A stretch of 62,037 nt of DNA, filler included, from Choristocarpus tenellus KU-1152 (lineage: Eukaryota; Protista; Phaeophyceae), in the NCBI GenBank assembly GCA_964200185.2. It is 11 parts of 11 records of this genome, joined end to end, with 100 filler letters (N's around TTAATTAATTAA, not from the genome) between each part and the next. Parts side by side here need not be neighbours in the genome. Positions count along the whole stretch, not along the records: positions 1 to 7,419 come from CAXNAD020006187.1; positions 7,520 to 12,602 come from CAXNAD020011934.1; positions 12,703 to 19,284 come from CAXNAD020007820.1; 8 more parts are not named here. One strand, given 5' to 3'. Shown here piece by piece: positions 1 to 12,778 of this stretch. A program made the translations under genes and the position numbers. Every line of letters starts with the position of its first letter. The stretch's first letter is position 1. Below the pieces are notes generated by a model that worked only from the letters and a program-made list of their open reading frames with translations, searched no databases and had not been told where the DNA came from.

Positions 1-128
1 AGAAAAGTAAGGGATGAGGATGGTAGAGGGGGGGGGGAGGGGGGGTACCTGGAAGGGGAAAACGCGCCCTATGCATTGGCGAAAAAAAAAATCGAAAACG
101 ACTGATTTTTCACTCATCTTCTAGTCCC

Positions 129-398
129 GAGTCAAAGTATCTTAGAGGGTAGAGCGGCGTCCATTTGGAGGCGAAAATCCAATATTGCGATTTTGGGGTA
201 ATTTTGGCTATCGTGTTTGTTAGGAAGTGTCAACACCCTTGTTCCGGACACACCCTTTCATATCGTATACATTTTACCTACTCCGGAACGTTTCGGAGTA
301 GTAAAAAATGTAATAAAAAAACCTGTGGGAAGTCGAAAGCCCCAAACGGACAAAGAGGGCAAAACTCATTCGTACCCCTCTTAAAGATACTCTCACTC
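129..398 (+). mobile_element. MITE family A copy (GAGTCAAAGTATCTTAGAGGGTA TIR, Sola2-like)
   Basis: Imperfect TIRs at both ends; flanks TCCC/TGCC (1 mismatch); homologous to five other copies in the window. Confidence 0.8.
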
Positions 399-1414
399 TG
401 CCTCGCCCTTTTCGTCCATAGATACATAATGCAAGTACAACAAAAGAGTTAAAAACCTCAGCGATATCGATTTCTAAGGTAGGATTCAAGGAACGCTGAC
501 CCAAGTACGTACGTACGTGTCCATGTCCATCTCCAAGGTATCACAACACACGCCACATGATAGACTCCAAAGATAGAAGTAACACAAGCGGTGGACGAGT
601 ATCTGACAATCGATGGGATGAAACAGGCAGGGGGTCAAGGGGGTGCTGCTACCCACGAAAAAAAGGTGTAACCTTCAACGTCAAAAAAAAAAAAGAGTTC
701 AAAAGGTTGTGATAGTGTGTTTGTTGTAGGAAGATGAGCGAGAAACAGCCAAGAAAAAAAAGAAAAAAAAAAAAAAAGAGAAAAAAGAAAAAAAAGAGAA
801 ACACAAAGAGGAGGTAAATGAGGCGATTCGTTTCGTTTTTTCAACGCACTTTAAACTACGGGAAAAAAAAAATAGAAAAGGGAGTGAAGCGTGACAAATG
901 TGTATTGCAGCTCATTTAACAAAAAAACAAAAAAAATCCAATTTTATTTTTTTTATTGCAGTGGTCTCATTCGTACCGTGGATCGCGCATTGAACAAGGA
1001 AAACAAAAAAAACAAAAAAAAACAATACATCGTAATTCGTTCACAAATCCTCTTTAAAAAAAATAAAGTACCATTCGCAAGTTTTATCAGTCCTAAACCG
1101 TTCCTCCCACACCAAAATCAATAATCAAATCAGGGCTTGTGAGAGAGAACCAACCCCTCACAAACTTCTACACACAGGTTAAAAAAATATCAACCGCTCC
1201 AACCCCGCCGAAAGCGCCTTTAACCGTAACTCCAACCCTAACCTTATAACCCATACCCCCATATACGTACAGTAAAAAAACAAACAAACAGATTTTAGCT
1301 CCATTGTTCGTCTCCCATTCCGTTCCCATCCCGTTCCCTCCTCCCCCCCAAAAAAAAATAAATAAAATAAAATAAAAAAAATTACATGAAAAAATAAATA
1401 AAAAAAGGGGGCAC

Positions 1415-3743
1415 CTGTGGGGCCAGAGCGACATTTCCACCCTTGACACAAGCTGCATATTTTCCCCATCGACAATCTGACGTGCCTGTCCAATCTTGGC
1501 ATTGGGAAAACCGTCGGTAAACGTAAAAATACGTTCGGCTAGCCCGTCCTTTCCTATCAACGCCTGAAAGGTGGCGAAAAACGGACTGGAGCGAAACGCC
1601 TGCGACGAAGAGTACACAAGCATCCACGCGCCCAGCTGGCGAGCAAGCACCGGTGAAGCCAACAGGCCCCCCCCCCGGGGGATATATAAAGCAGGTAGGT
1701 AGCACAGGCCATTGCACTTCGTGAGAGTCGACAGCAGAAGAATCTATTCAGATTCCGGCTACGTAAACATGGGTGTAAGATCAAGAGGGCGTTTAGAGGA
1801 AGGGGCTATGAAGGAAAGGTCGTAGGACAGGACGGGACAGGATGGGATATAGAACTTGGCATGAAAATTCGGACGGTCGAAAGCTTACACCAGGAAAGCG
1901 ATGTAACAGTGCGTAGAAGGAGGGTTTTTTTAAAACAGAATTTGAACATGTGCCAGAGCGACTGCACGAATTAGTTAGCAACATTCAATGCATAACCCAC
2001 ACCCCGTGTTGTTTGCCACACAGGGAGGGGACTTCTGGTAATGTTCATTTTACCATGTCCTCGTTGTTGGTGAACGGGCTGTCCAGGGTCAGCTCAGACA
2101 GTCTTCCCACAAGAAGCTCCACGTCCTCTCTCTGGTCCTTGGATGCAAGGTTCCCGCGCTCGGTTGCTGCTGCCACCTGTGGGTTGGTGCAAGAGGGAGT
2201 TGGACAAATGAGAAGGCGTTAGCCACACCAGTAATCAAGGCGGGGGTTGTTCACTGAAAGGTATCTGTCGTTTTTTTACGTACCTGTTGTCCTCTATATT
2301 AGGAGTTGTTTTATTTCATACTCATCAGGGTGTGTAGGGTGTGTAAGACCTACTTGGAATGCGAAGGGTGATCCTCTGCCCGATTATGTGAGAATCTGTT
2401 GTGAGTAGGCAAGTCAAGAGCTTACTACCAGTACCACTGTTGCAGGCGGTGAACGGCACTTCAATTGTCCAGGTGACAGTGGCAACGCAGCATTCAAACC
2501 AATACATCCAGTGAACATGACCATACTTATGCGTAAGTGTTTGTATGCAGCGACCTGTGGCGCCTTGTACGCATTTTCGACTCAATGTATGTAAGGTGGC
2601 ACAGACGTCATGGGCTGTATGGAATGACATTGGGGTCCACAAATTCATGAAGTACACAAAAGAGATGGTGAGAAAAGATATTATGGTCGATACAAAAGGG
2701 TCATCGATACCCATAAACCAATTCACCCATTATCGTTTAGTTGAGAACATATGCTAATCAAGTGACCCTCACCAAGGAAAATACTGAAGTGTTTAACAGG
2801 TAATCAGCAAGTGAGCTCTATATACTTTCAGGAGCTGGTGAACAGTGCAAAGTACCCAAAGTGTTTTTGAAACAATGCTTGCTCCCCAGTAAGGGTTCTT
2901 CTGATCTCCCCACTGTCCCATTATCAAAGTAGCTTATCCAGAGGAGGGATGCACTTGTACTACTGTTGGAACATGCCCGTGTCCAAACTTAGTTCCAACA
3001 AGTACCTGCAGTATTTGGTTTTTAATCTGCGCCACCTCCTCTGTCACAAAGTCCATGGACATAGCCCCTTGCATAGCTACACCACTCGCATGGGCCACCT
3101 GACTTCATATTTGAGGTTTGTGAAAGTATTAAGTGCCAAGAGTGCAAGGGAGGGGGGTACTACGACGTTGACGTCCTGGGGGTAAAGGTCTGTGATTTGG
3201 ACACAATCGAGAAAATATAAGGGCACACTATTCAATGCTCAATCTGACGAACAGTCAATTTGTATAGGAGTCAGGAGACACACATTTCATAGCAAACTCC
3301 TCACTCGGGCAACAACAATAGTCTAAACCCACCGTGCGATGCATAATCCTTGCCCCTCTCCCCATTCCCTCCAAATTATATCCATGTCGCCCAGAAAGAA
3401 GCCCTGCAAATGCATCTACCTGGGGGTTGCTGTAAGAGATCCAATAAAATCGGATACAGCTCAGTCGAGGTGATTAGGGAAGTAGCAGCAGGTTGTGGGG
3501 ATCATTGTTGGGGTATTCTAACCCATCAGTAATCTCTCCATTGGTTAGGCTGATGGTGCCAACGGTGTCATTCTTAACTTATCTTCCCCACTATGCCATC
3601 AAAAGATGAAATGACACCCATCTAGAACCTGGAGAAATGACCTCCTTTCCCCACCTAAGAGGGACTGTTCTCGTCCGATTAACGATAAGGTGAGTCATCC
3701 TCTACACAGACCTGACTAGCAAGAAGGAGGTCAGGAGTTTCAT
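1415..3743 (-). CDS. Plastid lipid-associated protein (PAP/fibrillin family), 3' end not resolved; exons 3743-3712, 3429-3333, 3098-3006, 2176-2054, 1635-1415
   Basis: GT-AG exons join in phase: MKLLTSFLLVSNPQVDAFAG...EEVAQIKNQILQ|VAAATERGNLASKDQREDVELLVGRLSEL...|LGAWMLVYSSSQAFRSSPFF...IFTFTDGFPNAKIGQARQIVDG..LVSRVEMSLWP. This is the typical fibrillin pattern (lK..ll..a.t.RG, G.W.LvYs). The first two exons are less certain. Confidence 0.75.
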
Positions 3744-4053
3744 GGCCAAAGTCATTCTTTCGTGAGTATATTCCTTGAAACAAGGAAAAGATAGATACAG
3801 TGACGGGTAGCCCCCTTCACTCTTTGTCGTTCTGGAGGAGGGCCTGGGTTCCAGACCTGACTAGACACGGAAATTACCTTTAGTGTTAACACACTTTGAA
3901 ACGGACATTGATGGATAATTTGAGTATGATTCAAATATCAAATCGAACAGAATATTATCAGACACCTTAATCTTAAGAAGTTGGTAAAATACTAATTGCC
4001 AAGCACAAGGTCCAAGACTTGGCACGTCGTGACCTGGGGGCTGGGTAACGAAG

Positions 4054-5552
4054 ATGATCAGAGGGGTCATCATTGTGAATAATCATGGCAAGCCTCGACT
4101 GGTCAAGTTCTATCAAACAGTTGTGAGAAGTTCGTCTCTTGATTGTGATCATTTCTGGGGCTAGACAGAAGTTAGACTGATCCTTAATGACTGGTCTGCA
4201 AACAGAAATAGTTCCCCTCCAGCCTCTTCAACTAGCCTGCAAATGTGTTCCTCTTTGATATCCTTCTCTATCGTATGCTTTTGGTTCCTCATTGAGGTTG
4301 TCTGGGCAGCCAAAGTCTACAGTACGGTGTCCCTAGTCTCTTTCTGATGTTTTCCAAATCTCCCCATGTAGGTGGGGGAGGATGCCCAACAAAGTGTGAT
4401 CCAGAGCATCTTCCAGCAGGTGGCTCAGCGGCCTGATTCATTCTGTAACTACCTTGAGGGAAGTATCCCCGAATGGGGGGAGGGGACGAAGCTCATCTAT
4501 CGACATTACGCCACTCTATATTTCGTGTTTGCTGTCGATGCGCAGGAGAGCGACTTAGGAATACTCGACCTTGTCCAGGGTGCGTACCGTATCCATTCTC
4601 TTGCCTTACTACAGAACTAAATATTTTCTAGATATTTATGGGGGGGTAGGTCATCGTGACCTGAGTTGCAGGTGGTTCTACACCTGTGACCGTTCCAGTG
4701 CAAACCTTCGTATGGAAGATGGAGAGGTCATAAGGTCAACCCATTTGTGCCAACCGGTGACAAAATTGGACATTTTTTTCTGCAGATATATTGTAATCTC
4801 ATGTCACTGATACCTGACACCCATAGGCGGAAACGAAAACTCACGGTCTCCATTATGTCTTCGTATCTCGTCTATACACATTGAAGCAAGAAGTCGTTGA
4901 CACACCCGAAGCAGGGAGGTGACGAAGCGGTCGAAATGTACTCAATTACTCGATAGTTAGAAACAACACCCCTCTCTCTTTCATCGAAAGAGAGAAGGAA
5001 TTATGTCAGGGCGGTACTGTTCGAGGGGTGGTAACAGGTTATGTAAGGCAATAAATAGAATAGGGCAATGTAGTGTTTTTGGCGGTGCATCCCCAGTTGC
5101 CCCATTCCCTTCCTCTGCAAACGGAAAAACCTTACGTAACCCCTACCTGCTCTAGTGCGCTAATCATCCCATTTGAGTGAGTTCCCTGCAACAAACATTA
5201 ATCAACACATACAACCACCCACTCGCTCCCTCTCCTTACGGCCCATTCCCCACTCTGTAATGACTTGATTGCCGCAGTCTTTGTGGAGGCCCTGGACAAG
5301 TGCTTTGAAAACGTCTGTGAGCTGGATCTCATCTTCCACTCCGACAAGGTCCATTATGTGTTAGACGAAATCATCATGGGAGGAATGGTGCTGGAGACAA
5401 ATATTAGTCAGATTCTGCTTGCGATTAATGACCAGAACCACCTTCACTCCGCCTCCATGAAGGTTGGCCTACCATCAGGACCAAACTCATCAGGCAAGGG
5501 AGGAGGTGCAAGTCCTGGTTTGTCAGGGGTCCCAGGGTTGCGAACAAGATGA
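4054..5552 (+). CDS. AP3S: AP-3 adaptor complex sigma subunit (~183 aa); exons 4054-4122, 4372-4579, 5278-5552
   Basis: MIRGVIIVNNHGKPRLVKFYQ...KLIYRHYATLYFVFAVDAQESDLGILDLVQVFVEALDKCFENVCELDLIFH...DEIIMGGMVLETN; canonical splice sites in phase. Confidence 0.93.
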
Positions 5553-7419
5553 CACTACTTGAGTGGTCTCTATGTTCAATTCAAATGACCTCCCATACAG
5601 CTGTTGATAGGGGAAATGCTATGGGGGCTAATGTATGTGGTCAGTAAGCTCTGGGTCCAGCTCTATGTCTTGTGATGAGTTCCTTTTTTAAGTTTGCAAG
5701 AGGAGGAAGTCAGAAAGCATTGAACATTTGCTGATGAAATGAGAGAGCCGTTTCAGTGGAGGGCAGACATCCAGTGCGGGCTGTGGTCCCCAGGGGGTAA
5801 CATGTTTGTTTTGTTCTCACATGACATTGACGGATGGAAGCTTTATAAGTAGCTTCACAGGCAGTTCAGCATTTAGTGCTTTGTTTCACTAAGATTATAT
5901 ATACATTTGTTGTTCCTGGCCCTAAGTACCTTTCTTATGATGAAGAGAAGACTTTTTCCCTTAACAGTAACACGAACTATCACTCTCTGACTTTTGTACT
6001 AACTCAATGTCGTCATCTCTTATTTTTTAATTTTCCAATACTAGTGGACTTTTGATAGATATCCACCATATCAGATCAGACTGCGATTGATGTAACATCA
6101 AACCTGTGGGGGGGGCAGGGGGCGGGGTTGAATGCAATGCAATGTCCAGCACTGGTGTCACTCTCTCCCTTGCTCAACATTGTACTGCAAGATTTCAGAG
6201 GCGTTTCGGTCATGTCTCATTTTTTCGTCTCGGCATGGGGACCACTGTTCTAATTTTTGATAATACAAAGATGGAGCGGTTTGAAATATATGGGATGGAG
6301 ATGGGCTGTTTGTGTATGTGGGGCTTGAGCAGAGGATGCATTGCGTCTGCTGTCTTTCCGATATGAACTTGCTGATACATATGTGAAGGCGCGTGACCCC
6401 CTACACCTCAGAGTGCGCCGGATGTAGTTCACAATATAAAGGTACTAGAATATTTTAGAAGGAAAAGCAGAAGCTTGTTAGCAGCGAAGATAGCGGCTGG
6501 CCAGCTCAAAATTCTGGGTGATGTTAGCCCCCCATTCTTTGTTTTGGGTCGATATGTTAGTTAGTTAAGACCTGGTAACCTTTTCCAGGTACTTCAACAC
6601 TACGGTATTGAATTAAGTGCTTAACGATTGCAAATGGAACACGCAACTTTTCTTGAAATTGCGCAAGATGTAACTGACAACGGTTGATAGGCAACATATT
6701 TTTTTGTAAGCAATATTGCCATAACAGAACAATGTTTGGAGCAGTTAGTGATTTTGTGCGCGTATTTTGTTGCTTTGGTTGTGTGTTCCGTGTTTGTCTC
6801 CCCTCTCCCCCCTGTCAATAATATGTTCAAGTGACGGTTTGTGAATTTGGATGGATTTGCTGTTTTCAATTTGAACAGGTTGAATTTTTTCATCTACTTG
6901 ATGGAATTGATGCGTGCCTGCAGCATTAATGTATGTCTCTGTATATGTGTGTATATATTTTCGTGCAATGAGGCAAAGGCCAAGTCTTGTGGGGAGTAAA
7001 CAATGAGATTTCAGGCAGAAAAAGATACTGAAGTGATTGTAACGTTTTGATTACCAAATAGCAACAAATAAAAATGCCGTATGATCCACAGCACATGTTG
7101 AGAGAGTTACTCTAGTTGTATGATATTAAGAGGTATCCCTTTGTCAACAGAGCAGCTCACCACCCAAAAATCTGACAAGAGTGTTATCGATTAGATCAGC
7201 CAAGATTGGAAGTTACCTGAGCGACACTTGCAACCTTTATGAAGACCTATGGCAGCTTTGATCAAACTGGGCTTCAAGCGAAGAATGCACTCTATAACCT
7301 TATTCATCTTCTGAGGTAGAACTCTTGAAACAGATTTGATACAGAAAGCCTTCATTTCAGCTGAAAAAAAAAGACACAAGACAAGTTGTGACTGCAAAAA
7401 CAAGGGGGGGGAGGGGGGG

Positions 7420-7519
7420 NNNNNNNNNNNNNNNNNNNNNNNNNNNNNNNNNNNNNNNNNNNNTTAATTAATTAANNNNNNNNNNNNNNNNNNNNNNNNN
7501 NNNNNNNNNNNNNNNNNNN
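7420..7519. other. Artificial contig spacer 44N-TTAATTAATTAA-44N; identical spacers at 12603-12702, 19285-19384, 24110-24209, 29683-29782, 35765-35864, 39500-39599, 46236-46335, 53935-54034, 59360-59459
   Basis: Identical 100-nt structure with a six-frame stop linker repeated ten times. Confidence 0.98.
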
Positions 7520-7627
7520 CACCCTACAAACCGTTGTAAAAGGCAATGCCCCCATAGCGTCGTTTTAAGGTCGTTGGATTTGAGTTGTACATCCTGTGGA
7601 GGTGAGTTCTGAGGGGCGCCTGCAACA
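7520..7627 (+). mobile_element. Right end of a Ginger-like TIR element (relative of 20686-23563)
   Basis: tttaaggtcgttggatttgagttgtacatcctgtggaggtgagttctg...tgcaaca matches the right TIR and subterminal sequence at about 23500-23563. Confidence 0.7.
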
Positions 7628-8692
7628 GAGCACCTGACTCCACATCTGGAACCATCCATAACACTAGAGGAAGAGGTCCAAGGACGCGAGTCTACAGAAG
7701 ACATGGAGTCTTCAACCAATATCGACTCTAACTAGTCTAGTGTCACGTCTACCTCGTCTAGTAACATAACACTTGCCGAACATAGACGAGGTTCCCCTCC
7801 TTCCCCCCCAACAGCGTCAGGCTCATGCCAGACCCATGTCGTCGACCCTTGAGCATCGTGTTAGCTCGGGCGACCGTGACACTCGTCGGGTCCTCTTTCA
7901 GGAAGAACCTGTCCCGCCTCCAAGTTCTACTACTTGTGAGGTGGCCATCTTGCAGGTCAAGTTCAGTGATGCTGTACCAGCGATGAAGCACCACATCAAC
8001 GAGTGCACAAGAACAAACACTGTGCCTCCTGAATGGCTTCAGGGCCTGCTGAAGCTCTAACTTCGGGGAACGGGCATCAATCACATCCCTCGGGCAGATT
8101 TTGTCCAATTACAACTACAATGTCAACGGTTCCATACGGAGGTGGAACATCACCTAGCGGTGGAGGCAACCCTCAACAGGTCCCCAGCTCGGTCGTTGAC
8201 AAGTCCACCTCCCGCAGTCAGTGCAACTGACAGAGCATCACGACCCCCGGACACATCACAGTACGCAGAGACACCATCAACACTCCAATACATCGTTGAT
8301 CAACACCAAAGTAGTGTGTGCCAGTACCCGCATTGTCAGGTGGTGACTCATGAGGGTCATACAACCCAGTCGTTCCTGGACAATCCGAGGGGTACTCGTC
8401 GGCCGCACCTGCATTGTAGAGGAAGGGGTCGTGCGGGTCGTGTTCGTGATGATAGACAGTCAACACCGGGTCATTATGTCCCTCGTTCCTAGGGGTGCCC
8501 AGGTGGATTTGACTCCTGTCCACTTGGGAACAGTCATGGTGTCATTGACACCATCGTAGGGAGTGGCAAGCGTCAGAGGTTGACATCAGTCACACCTCTT
8601 GCTCCTCAGGCATCGTTTATTGCCTGCACGTGTGTCACTAAGCATTTTTCTTTGCCGTTAGTTCAACCAAACTCGTGGAATAATAATTAAAC

Positions 8693-11600
8693 TTGGTTCA
8701 ACAGTTCTTTGTCAGATACCCATCCATGCCCAAACATTTATCGTTTTCATCACAAAGAGTTCGTGTACTTGGCACCGTTGAAGAACAAGAGGAAAATGAC
8801 TCGACTATTATTGACACAGCAAGTGATGTACCATGTATTTCAGAAGTATTTGTTCGCAATCGCCCTCGACTGAAACGTTTTGATGTACATAATGTCCCAC
8901 CTTGTGCAATAAATCTAAGCAGGGCAAACGGTTCACCATTGCATATCCGTGGATTTATTCGTTTTGCACTTACACTTGGTGACACCACATTGCCAGTTGA
9001 AGCTTTAGTGACCCCTCAACTTGGTCCCGATAAATTCTGCTTGATAATAGTGTTATGCAGGCCTTTGCTGCAATCCTTGATTGGCAAGAACAACGTCTTT
9101 CATTCCACAACAGTTCGTGTACCATTTCAGCGAGACACCACATAACAAGGAGCCCCACACAACAAGTATGTGATACAAGTACCACTCCTTCATGCTCTGT
9201 GGTGAGTGTGCAACATTATTTCGACCCTGTACCCGTCCATGTACATAAACAGTATAACATACCACCTGGTCATGAAATCATCGTATGTTGCACAACTGAT
9301 GCCAGCCCGTCGTTTGATACTGCCGTTGTAGTGGAGCCAGTCATACATTCTATGCCTGCTGTGGATCAAACCACTGAACCTACACACCCATGGAATCGTA
9401 TTGTAGCTGTTCGCATTCTCAGTACTTGGTCAGCAAGTAATAGATCAGTATTGGTTCAAATGGCAAATCCAAGAGCACGAAAGGTCTGTATCAAGAAGTA
9501 TCTTGTGATAGGTCACTTAACCTCATTTCCTGATCAGATATCAATCACTGTTAGTGCTCTAAATACTGATTCTGCTCCATTCAATAGCGCTAGAGATGAG
9601 TTACACCAAGCCTTTAATAAGACAAATACGTTCAAAGATACCACGTTCAATCAATCACAAGTGTCTCAACTTTTAGACCTCTGTGCTCGTTACAGATCAG
9701 TACTTTCGTTGAATGCAGCAGAACTAGGCAGATGTACTATAGCTGAACCAGAAATTCCTATAGAGCCCTGTATCAAACCTGTTCACAGGAACCTATACAG
9801 ATCAAACCCCCGTACTCAACAAGTAATTGACTCGTGTGTTAGTACTATGGAAGAGCAAGGCATTATTGAAAAACTCGCGAGCCCTTGGGGTAGTCCTGTT
9901 ACTATTGTTGCCAAATCTGATTACTCCCCACGTTTCTGTGTAGACTATAGGTCAACTGTTAACAAACACCTTGTTCGACAGACTTGGCCTATGCCTGATA
10001 TGGAGTCTCATATTGATGCTGTTGGGAGTGCCAAATTTATCACCGTTTGTAATATTCAGAGTGCATATTGGCAAATTCCTGTTGTTGAAGATGAGATTGA
10101 TAAAACGAGCCTACTTCGAAATATTTTGGAGTAGGAAAATGCCATAAAAAAATCCGAGGGAAGCCAAGCCCCAAATGGACAAATAGGGCAAAACTCGTAC
10201 CCTCTAAGATACTTTCACTCAAACTGCTTTTATCGCGTCCAGAGGCAAATATGTTTTTAAGAGAATACCCTTTGGGATATCAAATGCTCCCTGGCAATTT
10301 CAAAGAATCATGTCCTTAGCCTTTGCAAATTTTGGTCCACTGAGTGGGTTCCTAGTTTACATGGACGATCTGATTGCTTCTTCTCCCACACAGGAAGGAT
10401 ATCTACACTTACTAGAACAGCAATTCAAAGCTTTACAAGCAACAGGTTTAACCTTGAAACCGTCAAAGATCCAATTTGGACCCAAAGAAGTGCGCTATCT
10501 GGGTCACATTTTATCGTCTGAGGGGATTCGTATCGGTGAAGATCGGGTTCGTGGAATCACTGAATTACCCAAACCCATCACCATCAAAGAACTTCGATCT
10601 GTCCTAGGTATGGTTAATTTTGTGCATAAATCCATACCCAACTTAGCCACAGTTAATCGAACCGTTAGTTCATCTCACTAAAAAAGGTGTCAGTAAGAGA
10701 GTCGATAAAGAATGGGGATTGGGCCAGGACGTGGCATTTTTTTAAGTAAAGCAATTACTCACTGTGCAGCCCCGGTTCTCGTATTCCCTGACTTTACCAA
10801 AGAATTCATCGTCCATGTTAATGCCAATGAGAGTGGTGCCGGAGGTTTTTTAGCACAACCTCGGTCCGATAATCCTGCAGACCTAGGTATCAATTGCATA
10901 TTTCAGCAAGAAATTTAATGAAGCTCAGCGTCACTATTCAGCTACATTAAGAGAGTGTTACGCAGTCGTTACAGCTATCACTCATTGGCGACCATATCTT
11001 TGGGGTAGACACTTTAACTGCATCACAGATCATGCCGCATTGTGTTACTTGTATAGAATGCATTATACCAGTAATATGCTTACTCGTTGGGCTATTGCTC
11101 TTCAAGCTTAATGATTTCACAGTCAAACACAAGTCCGGTAAGCTCAATGTTACCCCTGATACTCTATCTTCTATTTTCAAGTTTGAGGAACAGGAGAAAT
11201 CCGTTGCTCCAATGCTGGCACCAATCTGTCGTAATGTGCCTGAAGGTAGTCATGCATTTACCACACGTGTTCAAAAGGAATATGAGTTATCTGCTTATAA
11301 CCTTGACCAAGCAACGCCCGTCCAAAGTGATCGTGAACTACTTCCTAGTTCCACTACTGTGTTTCCTGCAGTGGAGCCGGAGTAATTGCACAAGAAACAG
11401 GAATCCAAGTTCGGACCATATTTCAGGTATTTGCAGTCCCCCAACGTAGCCCCACCACCTGATAAGGAATCAACGACATCTATGTCGTATTTTTCCCTTC
11501 GTAATGGCTTACTGTATCGTTCGTATTTACCAGACCATCTTTGTAAGAGGAGCACGTTTAGAGATCAGTTGGTTGTTCCTCGCTCGTTAGTCCGTCTAGT

Positions 11601-12602
11601 ACTCCATGCTTGTCATGACCATGCATTGTCTGGAGGCCACGTAGGTTCAAACCCACGTTCGATAAGGTTTGAGACTCGTGTTGGTGGCCAACATTCAATA
11701 TCGACGTTCGTACGTTGTGTCGTGATTGTCAAGCATGCCAAACGTGTAAAACCGCTCATAAGAAACCTACGCTTCCCACTGGCCATATGCCCGTTAACAG
11801 ACCATTTCAATGTGTTGCTATTGATTTTGTAGAGTATACCAAACACGTTCCCCAGCAGCAAATGGTGTGTTGTGCTCGTATGTGTTGTCCGCCGTTGATC
11901 GCCTCACTCGTTTTGTTGTGCTGAGCCCTGTTCCAAATAAAGGGGCCGCAACAATTGCTCGTACGCTTGTAGAACGCGTATTTCCCATTTTTGGTCCACC
12001 CGAGTCGTTACACTCCGATCAAGGTACCGAATTTGAAAGCAGTATTGTTGCAGAGTTGCAATCTGTCTTTGGTTACAAGAAAACCAAAACCACACCGTAT
12101 CAACCTCAAGGAAATTCTGTGTTAGAAAGAGTACATGCTACGTTGCATTCTATGCTAGCAATGTATGTCTCTGCTGCTGAGGATAACTGGGCATCGTTAT
12201 TGCCTTTCGTATAGTTAGCCCATAACGCAGCATTCAGTGCAAAGTTGCATGAAACTCCGTTTTTCTTTCTGTTTGGAAGACAAGCTCGTTCACCTGTTGA
12301 CATTATCCTTGGTTCGTCTAATGCTGATTCAGATGTCACTACTGAAGAGTTTACTCGGCAAACCAAAGATAATTTACAGCTTGCTTTTGAGTTGGCACGT
12401 CGTAACCTCCATGAACACGTTAAAAATCAGGAGCGTGCCAACCAACGTCTCGTGTTCCCCGTTTTCGTATCTGATTATCAAGTTCTAGTCCATAGGCCAT
12501 ATGAGAGTACTGATGGTCCGAATCCGAAGTTGCTTCACCCTTGGAGGGGTCCGTATGAAGTACATTCTAAGGTATCACCCATCGTATACAGCGTAATACT
12601 AC
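8693..12602 (+). mobile_element. Decayed Ty3/Gypsy LTR retrotransposon pol (protease-RT-RNase H-integrase), with frameshifts and stops, truncated by the contig end
   Basis: Protease IIDTASDV; RT SPWGSPVTIV..K..RFCVDYR, PFGISNAP, YMDDLI; RNase H APVLVFPDFTKEFIVHV; integrase HHCC (HDH..GGH, CRDCQAC) and core SDQGTEFES..PQGNSVLER; C-terminal PKLLHPWRGPY; domain order RT-RH-IN. Confidence 0.95.
10107..10220 (+). mobile_element. Internally deleted MITE family A copy inserted in the Gypsy RT
   Basis: Perfect AAAC TSD (10103-10106 / 10221-10224); removing the insert restores ...IDKTAFIASRGKYVFKRIPFG. Confidence 0.9.
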
Positions 12603-12730
12603 NNNNNNNNNNNNNNNNNNNNNNNNNNNNNNNNNNNNNNNNNNNNTTAATTAATTAANNNNNNNNNNNNNNNNNNNNNNNNNNNNNNNNNNNNNNNNNN
12701 NNCTATTTTTTTTTTTTTTTTTTTTTTTTT

Positions 12731-12778
12731 TTTGAGTTGTACATCCTGGAAGGTGAGCATTGAGGGGCGCCTGTAACA
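12731..12778 (+). mobile_element. Another Ginger-like right TIR
   Basis: ttgagttgtacatcctggaaggtgagcattgaggggcgcctgtaaca, homologous to 7580-7627 and 23517-23563. Confidence 0.65.

Noticed and set aside
517-602. Next fibrillin exon
   Set aside because: It has AG/GT borders, but the in-phase translation does not resemble fibrillin.
7520-12778. The similar sequences ending at 7627 and 12778 as the two LTRs of the Gypsy element
   Set aside because: They are on different contigs, no TGG primer-binding site follows 7627, and the same motif forms inverted termini with a TSD at 20686-23563.
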